Part shown: in pieces, positions 43,197 to 55,013 of the stretch
Layout of the letters: each line of letters starts with the position of its first letter
Position numbering within the stretch: the first letter of the stretch is position 1
Origin: Candidatus Babeliales bacterium
GTDB taxonomy: Bacteria > Babelota > Babeliae > Babelales > JANWKD01
Assembly: GCA_963722075.1 (NCBI GenBank)
Contig: CAVRJM010000001.1
Location: forward strand, 768,001 to 832,000
Direction of reading: 5' to 3'
Length of the DNA: 64,000 bases
Made by a program: the position numbers and the translations under genes
The notes under the pieces: generated by a model
Databases searched by the model: none
Told to the model about the DNA's origin: nothing
Seen by the model: only the letters and a program-made list of their open reading frames with translations

Positions 43197-43254
43197 TAAT
43201 TAAAATATACTTACAAATATTATAGCCACTCACAATAACGATGGTAGTCACATA

Positions 43255-44520
43255 TCATACCTTTACCACCAATAATGAATCCCAATTAGTAGTATAAGCG
43301 CGCGAACGGTACACCCCTTCTTTTGTACCACGTTCATAACAACCTTGCGATGCGGGGCGCACCATATGATTGCCCCACGTACTATTTAATTCATCCATTA
43401 CCTGCATCACCCGAGAAAATCGTTTATTCTTTTCATTATCAGCAAACAAATCTTGTTGTACCTCAGCGGTGTCAATTAAACCTGAGAGTATCACTCCTGC
43501 CCGTTTATAATTATAGCCCTGCACATAGATCGCTTTTAAAAGTTGATCCATATAGTGCAATAATAAGGGTGTAGAATCAGTTGCGTAGGGAAGCTTTATT
43601 TCTCGATAAGGAGCGTAATACGTTTGCTCATCAAAGCGACCAGTAGCAATAAAAATAGTTACATAATAAGCACATGATTGCTGTTCACGTAATTTTTGTG
43701 CTGCACGCCCTACAAAAAGCGCTAACAATTGCTGCAGCAATTGTTTACTAGTCACGGGCGTTTTAAAGCTTCTGGTGCAGGCTATTGATTGTTTAGGTGG
43801 CGCATATTCTTGTAAATCAATACAAGGAATACCGCGCAATTCCCATACCGTTTTCAAAAATAAGGTATTATTTATTAATGATTTAATACGTTTATCATCA
43901 GCACGCGTAAGATCCAACGCTGTTTTAAAAGCGTATCGTTCTAAAGTACGCGCATAGCGATATCCAATCCCCCACACATCGTTAATGGGAACTTTAAGCA
44001 AGTCATCTGGATTAGCTAATTGTGTACTATCAAAAATGCCATTGTACTGTTGGTTTTTTTTTGCTTGTTTATTAGCGAGCTTAGCACGCGTTTTAGTAGT
44101 AGCAATACCAATTGAAACGGGAATGCCTACCCATTGGTAAATACGTTCTTTCAACATAACGGCAACTTCGTATGCGTTGGCACACACATCAAATTCTATA
44201 AATGCTTCATCAATGGAATAGATCTCAGTACTATATCCCAACCCTTTTATGACACTCATAATGCGATCAGAAATATCAGCATATAAGGTAAAATTAGCAG
44301 AGCAAGCAACACCATTTACTCGTTTAATGAGCGGTTCATACTGAAAATAGGGTGCTCCCATAGGAATACCAACTGCTTTTGCTTCTTGAGAACGCGCTAC
44401 TACACAGCCATCGTTATTTGAAAGCACCACAACCGGGCGCTTTTTGAGCACGGGATTAAAAAGCCGCTCGCACGATACATAAAAATTATTACAGTCAACA
44501 AGCGCAATCAGTTTATTCAT
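43255..44520 (-). CDS. umuC: Y-family DNA polymerase V catalytic subunit
   Basis: LVDCNNFYVSCE, VVLSNNDGC, YSIDEAF, DVWGIG; C-terminal SRAYTTNW. Confidence 0.92.
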   Translation of the reverse strand: MNKLIALVDCNNFYVSCERLFNPVLKKRPVVVLSNNDGCVVARSQEAKAVGIPMGAPYFQYEPLIKRVNGVACSANFTLYADISDRIMSVIKGLGYSTEIYSIDEAFIEFDVCANAYEVAVMLKERIYQWVGIPVSIGIATTKTRAKLANKQAKKNQQYNGIFDSTQLANPDDLLKVPINDVWGIGYRYARTLERYAFKTALDLTRADDKRIKSLINNTLFLKTVWELRGIPCIDLQEYAPPKQSIACTRSFKTPVTSKQLLQQLLALFVGRAAQKLREQQSCAYYVTIFIATGRFDEQTYYAPYREIKLPYATDSTPLLLHYMDQLLKAIYVQGYNYKRAGVILSGLIDTAEVQQDLFADNEKNKRFSRVMQVMDELNSTWGNHMVRPASQGCYERGTKEGVYRSRAYTTNWDSLLVVKV

Positions 44521-44522
44521 AG

Positions 44523-45062
44523 TTAATTTAATAAGCATCCTTCACTAGGATTTTTATCATAATAAATTGCTTTTTCTGTACTCACCTTTTGCAACTCGTT
44601 CACTTGTTCCACCTTGTTCCTCACCATGGTTAATAAACCCAAACAATATATATGGTTAACCCAATTTTCTTCGGCCATTTTTTTAGCAGAAATATAACCG
44701 GCAAATTCATCACCAATGGTACACATTTTTTTCATAAATGCTTCAATATTATATACGCCTATTTTGCCCTCAGTATTAGGGGTTATTTGTATCCACGGAT
44801 ATTCTTTTTTGCCAGTAGAAATGCTAAGTACTGTTTCAAACTCTATTATTTGCCGATTAACAAATTTTTTTTCTTCTTCATTTAGTTGAGATGACTCAAC
44901 TATCTTTTTATTATTATCAATCACATCAGAAACAATTTGATCTATTTGCGGTACTAATTTCTCTATAAATGGATTAGAGGAAGTTATTCGTTTTTCTTCT
45001 TGCTGCATAGCAACACATGAAATATGAATACATATAAGTGCTATATAAATACGTAGCTTCAT
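44523..45062 (-). CDS. Exported hypothetical protein (signal + AMQ) ending in CaaX-like CLLN
   Basis: Paralog of 45094..45534 (EEKxFxN, STGKK, GxYxI). Confidence 0.7.
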   Translation of the reverse strand: MKLRIYIALICIHISCVAMQQEEKRITSSNPFIEKLVPQIDQIVSDVIDNNKKIVESSQLNEEEKKFVNRQIIEFETVLSISTGKKEYPWIQITPNTEGKIGVYNIEAFMKKMCTIGDEFAGYISAKKMAEENWVNHIYCLGLLTMVRNKVEQVNELQKVSTEKAIYYDKNPSEGCLLN

Positions 45063-45093
45063 CGGGGTCTATTCCTTTTTCTAACCGTTAAAA

Positions 45094-45534
45094 TTACTCT
45101 TCTGACGCTAATTCATCAATTCTCTTTTTTAAGTCAACTAATACATCCATTGCTTCTTTGTGCTTCTTTAAGTAGCACCTATCAATAGTCCCACATTTTA
45201 CAAAAAAAACTAGCTTCGCTTCTATCTCAGTTGCCAGCTTCACAATAGTATCAATATCGTATATTCCAGCATTTCCACGGTTTGATAGCTCATCACCATT
45301 AAGCTTATGTTTTTTGCCCGTCGACCGGTTTAATACAAATTTGAATTGAGCTGCTTTCCAGTTGAAAAAATCTTTTTCCTCTTTAAATAAATTAGGTAAC
45401 TTAGCGATCAATGCAGTGTTACTCGCCATTTTTTGTATAATATCATCTATCGAATGTTCTTTCTTGGCAGTCATCCCCATGCTTTCTACCCCTATTGCAA
45501 CTACCAAAAATAACAACACTCTATAGAATCTCAT
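45094..45534 (-). CDS. Exported hypothetical protein
   Basis: Signal peptide; paralog of 44523..45062. Confidence 0.7.
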   Translation of the reverse strand: MRFYRVLLFLVVAIGVESMGMTAKKEHSIDDIIQKMASNTALIAKLPNLFKEEKDFFNWKAAQFKFVLNRSTGKKHKLNGDELSNRGNAGIYDIDTIVKLATEIEAKLVFFVKCGTIDRCYLKKHKEAMDVLVDLKKRIDELASEE

Positions 45535-45554
45535 GCATTACCCTTTTAAAAATA

Positions 45555-46007
45555 TTAAATCACTTTATGAATAACATAAGAAACTACGCCCCAAATTTCA
45601 ATATCCATATCAGGAGTTACTAATAGTGGCTTATATTTTGTATTTGCAGGCACTAAATAAAGACAATCGCCTTGCTGCTCGATACGTTTAACCGTAAATT
45701 CCCCTTGTATTTGCACCACCACTACAGATCCATTAACCACCGGTAATGCTCGATCTACAATTAACATATCGCCTGATTGTATACCAGCTTCTACCATAGA
45801 ATTGCCTTCTACTCGTACAAAAAAAGTAGCTGCAGGATGCTGTATCAAATAGGTATTAAGATCGAGCTTTTGCTCTACGTAATCATCTGCCGGCGAAGGA
45901 AAGCCAGCGGCAATATAGGTTGATAATAAAGGAATAGGAATTTTTATTGACCGATCATCAACATAATATATTTCTACGTTATTTATTTTTTTTATTTTCT
46001 GTTCCAT
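45555..46007 (-). CDS. umuD: DNA polymerase V subunit UmuD (S24 peptidase)
   Basis: AAGFPSPADDY, RVEGNSM, FTVKR. Confidence 0.92.
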   Translation of the reverse strand: MEQKIKKINNVEIYYVDDRSIKIPIPLLSTYIAAGFPSPADDYVEQKLDLNTYLIQHPAATFFVRVEGNSMVEAGIQSGDMLIVDRALPVVNGSVVVVQIQGEFTVKRIEQQGDCLYLVPANTKYKPLLVTPDMDIEIWGVVSYVIHKVI

Positions 46008-46104
46008 ATGAAATATAATAACAAATATTCACATCTCATCAATCTTTAATAAATTGCTTTTACTTACTTGTTTATTAGTATAATTTTTACCAAAGGAGAA
46101 TCTT

Positions 46105-46521
46105 ATGAATAGAATGAAAAAAATTTCTTTATTATTTCCAATCTTATGCAGTTTAAACTATGCTACTGCAATGGAAAAAAGCAAAAGAGAAAAACAGCAA
46201 TCAATACAATTGGATCAATCATGGAAAGGCCAGCAAGAGGCAGTAGTAAAATGTATGACTCAATCTGAAATTCGTAAACAAACTTACAAATTTTATGAGC
46301 ATGGAATATTAAAAGCAACTTTTAATGCCCAAAAAAAGTATGTAATAATTTATCCTACTGGCCAAAAAACAAAGAATAGTGATGAAAAAGAAAAATTAAA
46401 GATAAAATATAAATTCTTTCTCCAAATTATTACTGATATGGCATTAAGCAATGATGATAAAAAATGCCTTGAGGATCTTACTCAACTAAATGAAAAACGC
46501 CATTCTTGTTTAGTAAGTTGA
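46105..46521 (+). CDS. Exported WxGK-family protein (signal + AME) ending in CaaX CLVS
   Basis: AAGGAG RBS; WKGQQ..C..FNA shared with the genes at 56316..58230. Confidence 0.72.
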   Translation: MNRMKKISLLFPILCSLNYATAMEKSKREKQQSIQLDQSWKGQQEAVVKCMTQSEIRKQTYKFYEHGILKATFNAQKKYVIIYPTGQKTKNSDEKEKLKIKYKFFLQIITDMALSNDDKKCLEDLTQLNEKRHSCLVS

Positions 46522-46596
46522 ATTTAATTAAACCCTGTTATTCAACTTGAAATCTTCGAATGCAAAAAAAGTCTTGCTTAATTTATGTAAGTTTAC

Positions 46597-46839
46597 AAAA
46601 GCCGTCGTTGCGAGTTTACGAAGCAATCCAGGCTCAGTTATAAGTTTTTCGTTATACATAAATTTATTAATGTTCACAACCCAATTCCAATACAGATTTA
46701 TATAAATCTGATAAAATCATTAACTTTCTTATTCATCTATTGTTGAGCGATAAAACTTGTAACTGTTGTTTCTATAACCGTATATAATTTCATTTATTTT
46801 AACCTGGATTGCTTCGGCAAGCTCGCAACGACGGCTTTT
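46597..46839. repeat. REP-like inverted pair (about 36 bp arms) enclosing a structured 170-bp spacer, copy E
   Basis: AAAAGCCGTCGTTGCGAG..CGAAGCAATCCAGG (46597..46632) inverted at 46803..46839. Confidence 0.8.
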
Positions 46840-46893
46840 TTAATGCATAATTTTTTAGGCTTTGAATATTAATTCATCGCGCTTTATAAAAAT

Positions 46894-49335
<2,442 letters not shown>

Positions 49336-49357
49336 AAAATTTTCACTAAAAATGTTA

Positions 49358-50314
49358 TTATTTTGCTTCGTGATTATAATATAATTTGTGTCCACCTTGA
49401 GCACAGCATGGTGCCAATGCGTATCGATTATTAGCTAATTCTTTAAAGCGCGGCAACAGACCTTGTACATATGTATAAAAACTGCCCATCGACATTCCTT
49501 CTGCCTCACGTTCTGCTTCTAATTCAATCCTACTTATCAAACAAAGACCCGAAGAATGTCGTTCAATGCTGCAGATTGCATTGGTAGTCTCATGAAGCAT
49601 CTGCACTGCTTTTTTATTTTTGGCTAGAATAGCAATTTCCATAGTATTGAAAGTAGAATCAGCAGGAATATTAGGGCAACATGCTCTATCACGCTGGATC
49701 CCTACTTTATAGCATTCCATCAATACAAACATTAGCTCAGTTGCCCCACTTGGCTTAGTGATTTGAGCAAGAATATGCAATAACGTTTCCCCTTTATTGC
49801 CTTGTTTATTTACGTCACTGATAAAGCCATGTTCAATAACATATTTTAATTTATGAAAATTACGTAAAGCGCATTTATTATTTTCACGAACGGTTTTTTG
49901 TATCGTTTGTATTCGTTCTCGATTAGAATCATTTTCCAGTTTATTGTGCTCAATATCTTCTAGTAAACCTTGGTCATGCTCATTTATAGCTGATTGCCGC
50001 GCGAAGATATGGGTGAGCGTATCTTTATCAGCATAGCAGTTACTTACCACTTCTTGTGCAACTGCTAAAGGAAGTTCGCTTAGAAAAGTAACTGGAATTC
50101 TATCTTCAAGTAACCAAAAACGTATGGTACCTACATTACCCGGCAGTCCTATTGTGCCATTTTCTATTGCAGCGCGAAGCGCTTTTAATTTGGCCTGCTC
50201 AGAAACTTCATGCATACCATATTCATCTACGGTATATTTTGCAGTAAAATCTGATTCCATAGTATAGAGAATACTGCTACTAAGAAATAAGATGCATAAT
50301 GAAAACAAATACAT
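49358..50314 (-). CDS. Exported protein with degenerate ankyrin repeat(s) (signal + TME)
   Basis: DVNKQGNKGETLLHILA. Confidence 0.65.
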   Translation of the reverse strand: MYLFSLCILFLSSSILYTMESDFTAKYTVDEYGMHEVSEQAKLKALRAAIENGTIGLPGNVGTIRFWLLEDRIPVTFLSELPLAVAQEVVSNCYADKDTLTHIFARQSAINEHDQGLLEDIEHNKLENDSNRERIQTIQKTVRENNKCALRNFHKLKYVIEHGFISDVNKQGNKGETLLHILAQITKPSGATELMFVLMECYKVGIQRDRACCPNIPADSTFNTMEIAILAKNKKAVQMLHETTNAICSIERHSSGLCLISRIELEAEREAEGMSMGSFYTYVQGLLPRFKELANNRYALAPCCAQGGHKLYYNHEAK

Positions 50315-50329
50315 AGTAACCCTTTTTAA

Positions 50330-51352
50330 TTAAATAATACCCACTAATTCTACCCAATTATGAATATCTTCGCTAATTCCATATTGAATGTCAGTAAGCA
50401 ATGTAAATAGCTTCTGAGTAAAAGGACCGGTCTGATTATTATTTACCGTGTACGTAGTGCCTTTATATCGTAAACTTCCTACTGGTGTTATAACCGCAGC
50501 CGTACCTGAGCCAAATATCTCAGTAACTGAGCCATTTTTAATACCCTCAACAACTTCATGAATAGTTATTCGCCGTTCTTGGCAGGCAATGCCATTGGCT
50601 TTACACAATTCAAGAACAGATAAGCGGGTAATACCGGGCAAAATTGAATCGGTTAATGAAGGAGTCACCACCACACCATCTATTACAAAGAAAATATTCA
50701 TGGCCCCGACTTCTTCAATATAGTTTCTCTCAATAGGATCGAGCCATAATACTTGCGCACAGCCAACAGCTTGCGCTTCTTTTTGTGCCCGCATACTAGC
50801 AGCATAATTACCACCAGCTTTTGCTTGCCCAACGCCACCTGCTGAAGCACGTGTATAATGTTCGCTCACTAAAATAGAAACCGGATTAAATCCTTGCTCA
50901 TATAACGCACCAACGGGCGATAGAATAATAAAAAATATAAAATCGGTAGAAGGCTTTAGATTAAGTGTTTTTTGAGTAGCAATCATCGTTGGTCGAATAT
51001 ACAGCGAAGTTCCCCTCTCAGTAGGCACCCATTGCTTATCCAGTTCAACAAGCTTTTTAAGCCATGAAAGAACTTCCTCAACATCAATTTCAGGCATACA
51101 CATAATACGCGCAGAATTATTCATACGTGTTAAGTTGTTACGCGGCCTAAATAGCACTATTCGATCATTAGTAGCAGCAAATGCTTTCATACCTTCAAAG
51201 ATTTCTTGCCCGTAATGCAAGCTTGCAACGGCAGGATCCAATTGAAAAGATTGATAAGGTTGAATACGCTTATTATACCACCCTTGCTCAGTATTCCATT
51301 CCATAACAAACATGTGATCAGTAAATTGCGATCCAAATGGTTTATTTTTCAT
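50330..51352 (-). CDS. ilvE: Branched-chain amino acid aminotransferase
   Basis: LHYGQEIFEGMKA, LYIRP, AKAGGNYAAS, EEVGAMN, ILPGITR, GSGTAAVITP. Confidence 0.95.
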   Translation of the reverse strand: MKNKPFGSQFTDHMFVMEWNTEQGWYNKRIQPYQSFQLDPAVASLHYGQEIFEGMKAFAATNDRIVLFRPRNNLTRMNNSARIMCMPEIDVEEVLSWLKKLVELDKQWVPTERGTSLYIRPTMIATQKTLNLKPSTDFIFFIILSPVGALYEQGFNPVSILVSEHYTRASAGGVGQAKAGGNYAASMRAQKEAQAVGCAQVLWLDPIERNYIEEVGAMNIFFVIDGVVVTPSLTDSILPGITRLSVLELCKANGIACQERRITIHEVVEGIKNGSVTEIFGSGTAAVITPVGSLRYKGTTYTVNNNQTGPFTQKLFTLLTDIQYGISEDIHNWVELVGII

Positions 51353-51728
51353 GATAATTGCCCTTTATATTCCTTAGTTTGCACATACATTTGCCAATCA
51401 TACATACAATATTTTTACGAGTCGGAATACTTAAAACAGTAAAAACAGCTTGGTTAAAAATATTAGAAAAAATAAAAATGCCCATAAAAATGCGGCGAAT
51501 ATATAAAGGCCAATGAGCACGGCGTGCACTGCTGGTCATAAAAAACCCAAAGCCACCAATTATGATAAAAACCCCAATTACTATCTTAAGAAGATCCATC
51601 GTATATAGACCGAGTTCATATTCTATTTCACAAAGATCTTGCTCAATGCCCGCTTTTAATAATAAAGGGACAACGAGGCTGGCAATAATTAATAAGAGAC
51701 CTACCATTATCTGATTATTTTTTTTCAT
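51342..51728 (-). CDS. Membrane hypothetical protein
   Basis: Three hydrophobic segments; likely start MKKNNQ after AAGGA. Confidence 0.55.
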   Translation of the reverse strand: MKKNNQIMVGLLLIIASLVVPLLLKAGIEQDLCEIEYELGLYTMDLLKIVIGVFIIIGGFGFFMTSSARRAHWPLYIRRIFMGIFIFSNIFNQAVFTVLSIPTRKNIVCMIGKCMCKLRNIKGNYHEK

Positions 51729-52085
51729 ATAAATCCTTTGTAATTTATAATGAAGATTGCTCATTATTGAACAACCTTCATTATAACTTGTTGTTTACGC
51801 TTTATTAACCATTTTGCCAATAAAAGCAACCCGTTGCAGATAACGATCAACCTGTGCAATTGCTGGCAATTGTCCAACTGCGTTAAATGAATTAAAAATA
51901 ACGATAATAAAAAGAGGTAAAATAATAATAAGAATAAAAAAGATTAGCAGTAGAAGAAAGAAGAATGAGTTATAAGGTTAAAATTCTAATTAATAGTAAT
52001 AATAGCACAAAAAATGACTTTTTGTCAAAAAAAGCAAATTGCAGAACACTGGCCTAATCTTGATAGGTATAAGGCTTGATCTGGG

Positions 52086-52313
52086 CTATATACATTCAAA
52101 AGTTTTATCGTCAGCCTCAGACGCCCATTCACTTAATGTTTGATTTAATGCTTGCATATAAGCTTTATCAAAATTTTTAGTTTTCTTTATAACAATGTTA
52201 TTGTTATCCAGTATTTGAAAAGCAATCGAATCACCTGACTTTAGATCTAAAAAATCACGTATTTCTTTAGGTATGGTCGCTTGAAATTTTGTACTTAATT
52301 TTGAAAATTTCAT
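52086..52313 (-). CDS. AbrB/MazE/SpoVT-family antitoxin-like protein, no adjacent toxin
   Basis: SKLSTKFQATIPKEIRDFLDLKSGD; C-terminal LSEWASEADD. Confidence 0.85.
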   Translation of the reverse strand: MKFSKLSTKFQATIPKEIRDFLDLKSGDSIAFQILDNNNIVIKKTKNFDKAYMQALNQTLSEWASEADDKTFECI

Positions 52314-52360
52314 ATGTTTTACCTTCTATATTAGATAGTATTTAAGTTTATTATATTAAA

Positions 52361-52387
52361 AGTAATAGCAATAATACAGGTATTACT
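52361..52387. promoter_or_regulatory. Inverted repeat upstream of the antitoxin (possible autoregulatory operator)
   Basis: AGTAATA-13 nt-TATTACT. Confidence 0.35.
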
Positions 52388-52601
52388 ATCCATCAAACGC
52401 CTACTAGGCTCTTTATTGTAGCTATTTTATTAAAAAAACTTTTGTAGCAATCCACTTTCATAATTTCTTACAAAAAGCATTTATATATGCTATTTTTTTA
52501 TGGGATTTATTAACATCTAGAAATAGCACAATATATAAAAAATAATCAAACTATTGCTATGCTAGAAGAAAAACTACGTAATAAAGAAAATAAAAAATCT
52601 C

Positions 52602-53423
52602 ATGATGCAACCAATAAGTAATAAATCGTCTTTCATTTATTTATTAGCAACCTGTGTATCAATTCTGCCCACGCTCTTTTCAATGGATAATATAAAACGA
52701 AAGCCTCGTTCTATATCAATGAGTGGATCAGTACTAGATCTTTTTGGCGCACTAGAAATAGATGATAGCCATGAATGTATAACTAAGATGCAAAGAACTA
52801 TACAACCGGATACTGACTTAAATTACCAATCTTCGCAAGGAACTCCCTTAGAGCGAGCTATTGATCTAGAAAAAATTGAAGCAGTTGATTTTCTAATAAG
52901 TAAGGGTAGTAACGCAAACCTTAAAAGCAATTGGTTTAAAGAAACACCACTTCATCGTGCGGCGCGAGCAGGAAATGTTGCGATTATTCAAAAACTTCTT
53001 TGCAAAGTAACAGATCTACAACCCCTTAATAGCGTAGATCAAACACCCCTTCATTTGGCCGTTATATGCTGCCATATAGATGCAGCACGTGAATTTATAA
53101 ATCAAGGGTTGAATGTAAATGCTACTACGAAAAACCTTATGACCCCATTGCATTATGCGTGCATGTTTTCACAAAAACATGCTGAAAGGCACCGGCTCAT
53201 TAATCTATTATTACAAAAGGGAGCATCACTAACTAGTCGTGAAGCACATTATTTTACCCCCTTTGATTTAGCAATCAATGCCGAAAATGTAGAAACAGTA
53301 ACATTTCTTCTGACTAAAATAACCGATCAATCCGTTTTAACAGATTCTTTAAAAATAGCTCAGCAAAAAGGCAACCAAGCCATAATACGCTTATTGCAAG
53401 AAGCTCTCAATAATAAATATTAA
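52602..53423 (+). CDS. Exported ankyrin-repeat protein (signal + SMD)
   Basis: TPLERA, TPLHRA, TPLHLA, TPLHYA and TPFDLA repeats. Confidence 0.9.
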   Translation: MMQPISNKSSFIYLLATCVSILPTLFSMDNIKRKPRSISMSGSVLDLFGALEIDDSHECITKMQRTIQPDTDLNYQSSQGTPLERAIDLEKIEAVDFLISKGSNANLKSNWFKETPLHRAARAGNVAIIQKLLCKVTDLQPLNSVDQTPLHLAVICCHIDAAREFINQGLNVNATTKNLMTPLHYACMFSQKHAERHRLINLLLQKGASLTSREAHYFTPFDLAINAENVETVTFLLTKITDQSVLTDSLKIAQQKGNQAIIRLLQEALNNKY

Positions 53424-53673
53424 TTTTTGCGTTTTAATAATGGGTAAAACATTGTTTTAGAATAAAGCTTATACAGATATATTTTATTATATATATACTT
53501 TAATACCATCTTCATAATAAGCCCTCCTCTACTGTAATGTTTTCATTTCTTTAATTTAATAAAATTATAATTAAAAAATCTATGGCCTGTTCATTATTTC
53601 AAAGTGCTTAACTGTATACTTTTTTTACCAGTTCATGTTATCCCTAAATAATAATGGTTAAAAAGGAGAAAAA

Positions 53674-54054
53674 ATGGCTAAATTACTTGTTATTAATGCA
53701 TTACCAAAAAATTATTACGATGATTGCCATATTGTAGGATCAATTAGTGTTCCACTTGATAAGTTGGAAGCTTATGCACATACTTTAGATAAAAAAACAC
53801 CTATTGTTGTTTATTGCGCTTCATATAGTTGTCCTATTAGCCAAAAAGCATGGCGCATTTTTAATGCCTTAGGATTTACTTCCGTATGGGCTTATGAAGG
53901 GGGAATGGCGGAATGGAGCCAAAAAGATTTCCCCTGTGCCGGTGTATGCCAACAAGAATCTCTTAATCGGCAAGAAAAGCCTCAAAAGCGCGATACACAA
54001 ACCATCAGCGCAGAAGAGTTGCGCAAAAAAATGGAAAATGAGGGCCTTCTATAA
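53674..54054 (+). CDS. Rhodanese-like domain protein
   Basis: HIVGSISVP, IVVYCA, YEGGMAEW. Confidence 0.85.
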   Translation: MAKLLVINALPKNYYDDCHIVGSISVPLDKLEAYAHTLDKKTPIVVYCASYSCPISQKAWRIFNALGFTSVWAYEGGMAEWSQKDFPCAGVCQQESLNRQEKPQKRDTQTISAEELRKKMENEGLL

Positions 54055-54150
54055 ACCACCCCCTCCTAAATGCCGTTGCACTTTATTTATAAAAAAAGCA
54101 GACTGATAGAATAAAAAACATAAAAGTAGAATTATAAGGATAGAAGAGCA

Positions 54151-54780
54151 ATGCAAATACAAAAACAAACTCCCATACTACAAAAAGAGCATGACGAATC
54201 AATTTTAGTAGTTAATAGAACTGAATTTTTTAAGCATGAATCAGCATGGACTGGCCTTAAACAAGTTGATTTTGATGCGTACTTAACGTTAATTCAAGAA
54301 AAAAAAGAGTTCTTACCGCGCCCAACAATGGAAACGGATACTAATTACAAACAAATTATTCCTTATTTAGTTTTTTCTCATGATGATCGTTACTTTTTAA
54401 TGCAACGAACTAACCAGCAAACTGAAAGCCGCTTAAGAAACAAATATTCATTGGGTATTGGCGGCCATATACGCAAAGAAGATTTAACCGATAATTCTAT
54501 TTTTTCATGGGCACAACGAGAATTTCATGAAGAAGTTAATTATAAAGACCATTTTACTATCACCCCGCTTGGTATTTTAAATGATGATTCTAATGCCGTA
54601 GGCCAGGTGCATGTTGGCTTTATATTTTTATTACAAGGAACCACTTCAGACATTTCTATAAAATCTGAGCTTAAAAGCGGGCAACTCGTTTCATTAGATG
54701 AATGCTCGTTCCATTTTAATGATATGGAAAGCTGGAGCCAAATTGTATACGAATTTTTAATGCAGCAAAAAAATCGTTAA
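54151..54780 (+). CDS. NUDIX-family hydrolase (YmaB-like predicted phosphoesterase)
   Basis: YKQIIPY, SLGIGGH, REFHEEV, VGQVH. Confidence 0.85.
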   Translation: MQIQKQTPILQKEHDESILVVNRTEFFKHESAWTGLKQVDFDAYLTLIQEKKEFLPRPTMETDTNYKQIIPYLVFSHDDRYFLMQRTNQQTESRLRNKYSLGIGGHIRKEDLTDNSIFSWAQREFHEEVNYKDHFTITPLGILNDDSNAVGQVHVGFIFLLQGTTSDISIKSELKSGQLVSLDECSFHFNDMESWSQIVYEFLMQQKNR

Positions 54781-54794
54781 AAAAATTCTAAGCA

Positions 54795-55013
54795 ATGTTT
54801 ATTATTATCGTTGGATCAAAGCAACGCAAGATCTTTAAAAAAGCTCTTGTTGATCGATTTTGCCCGATATGTAACCATCAAGGATTACTATTGTATTCTA
54901 TACAGCAATGGGCGACTTTATTTTTAGTTCCTATTTTCCCGGTGAGTAGAAAAAAATTGTATATCAAATGTCCTCATTGCAATAATGGCTATATTGCTTA
55001 CGATACACCGTAA
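54795..55013 (+). CDS. Small zinc-ribbon protein
   Basis: CPIC..WATLFLVPIFP..CPHC. Confidence 0.75.
   Translation: MFIIIVGSKQRKIFKKALVDRFCPICNHQGLLLYSIQQWATLFLVPIFPVSRKKLYIKCPHCNNGYIAYDTP

Noticed and set aside
46018..46032. Possible LexA box upstream of umuD (GAATATTTGTTA on the minus strand)
   Set aside because: Two mismatches to GAAC-N4-GTTC in very AT-rich DNA, and the LexA motif for this lineage is unknown to me.
43116..46839. Prophage or ICE around umuDC
   Set aside because: No integrase, transposase, phage structural or conjugation genes, and no att-like direct repeats seen.
51795..51980. Hydrophobic open frame on the minus strand downstream of the antitoxin
   Set aside because: No plausible start codon or RBS at its 5' end; low-complexity T-rich sequence.
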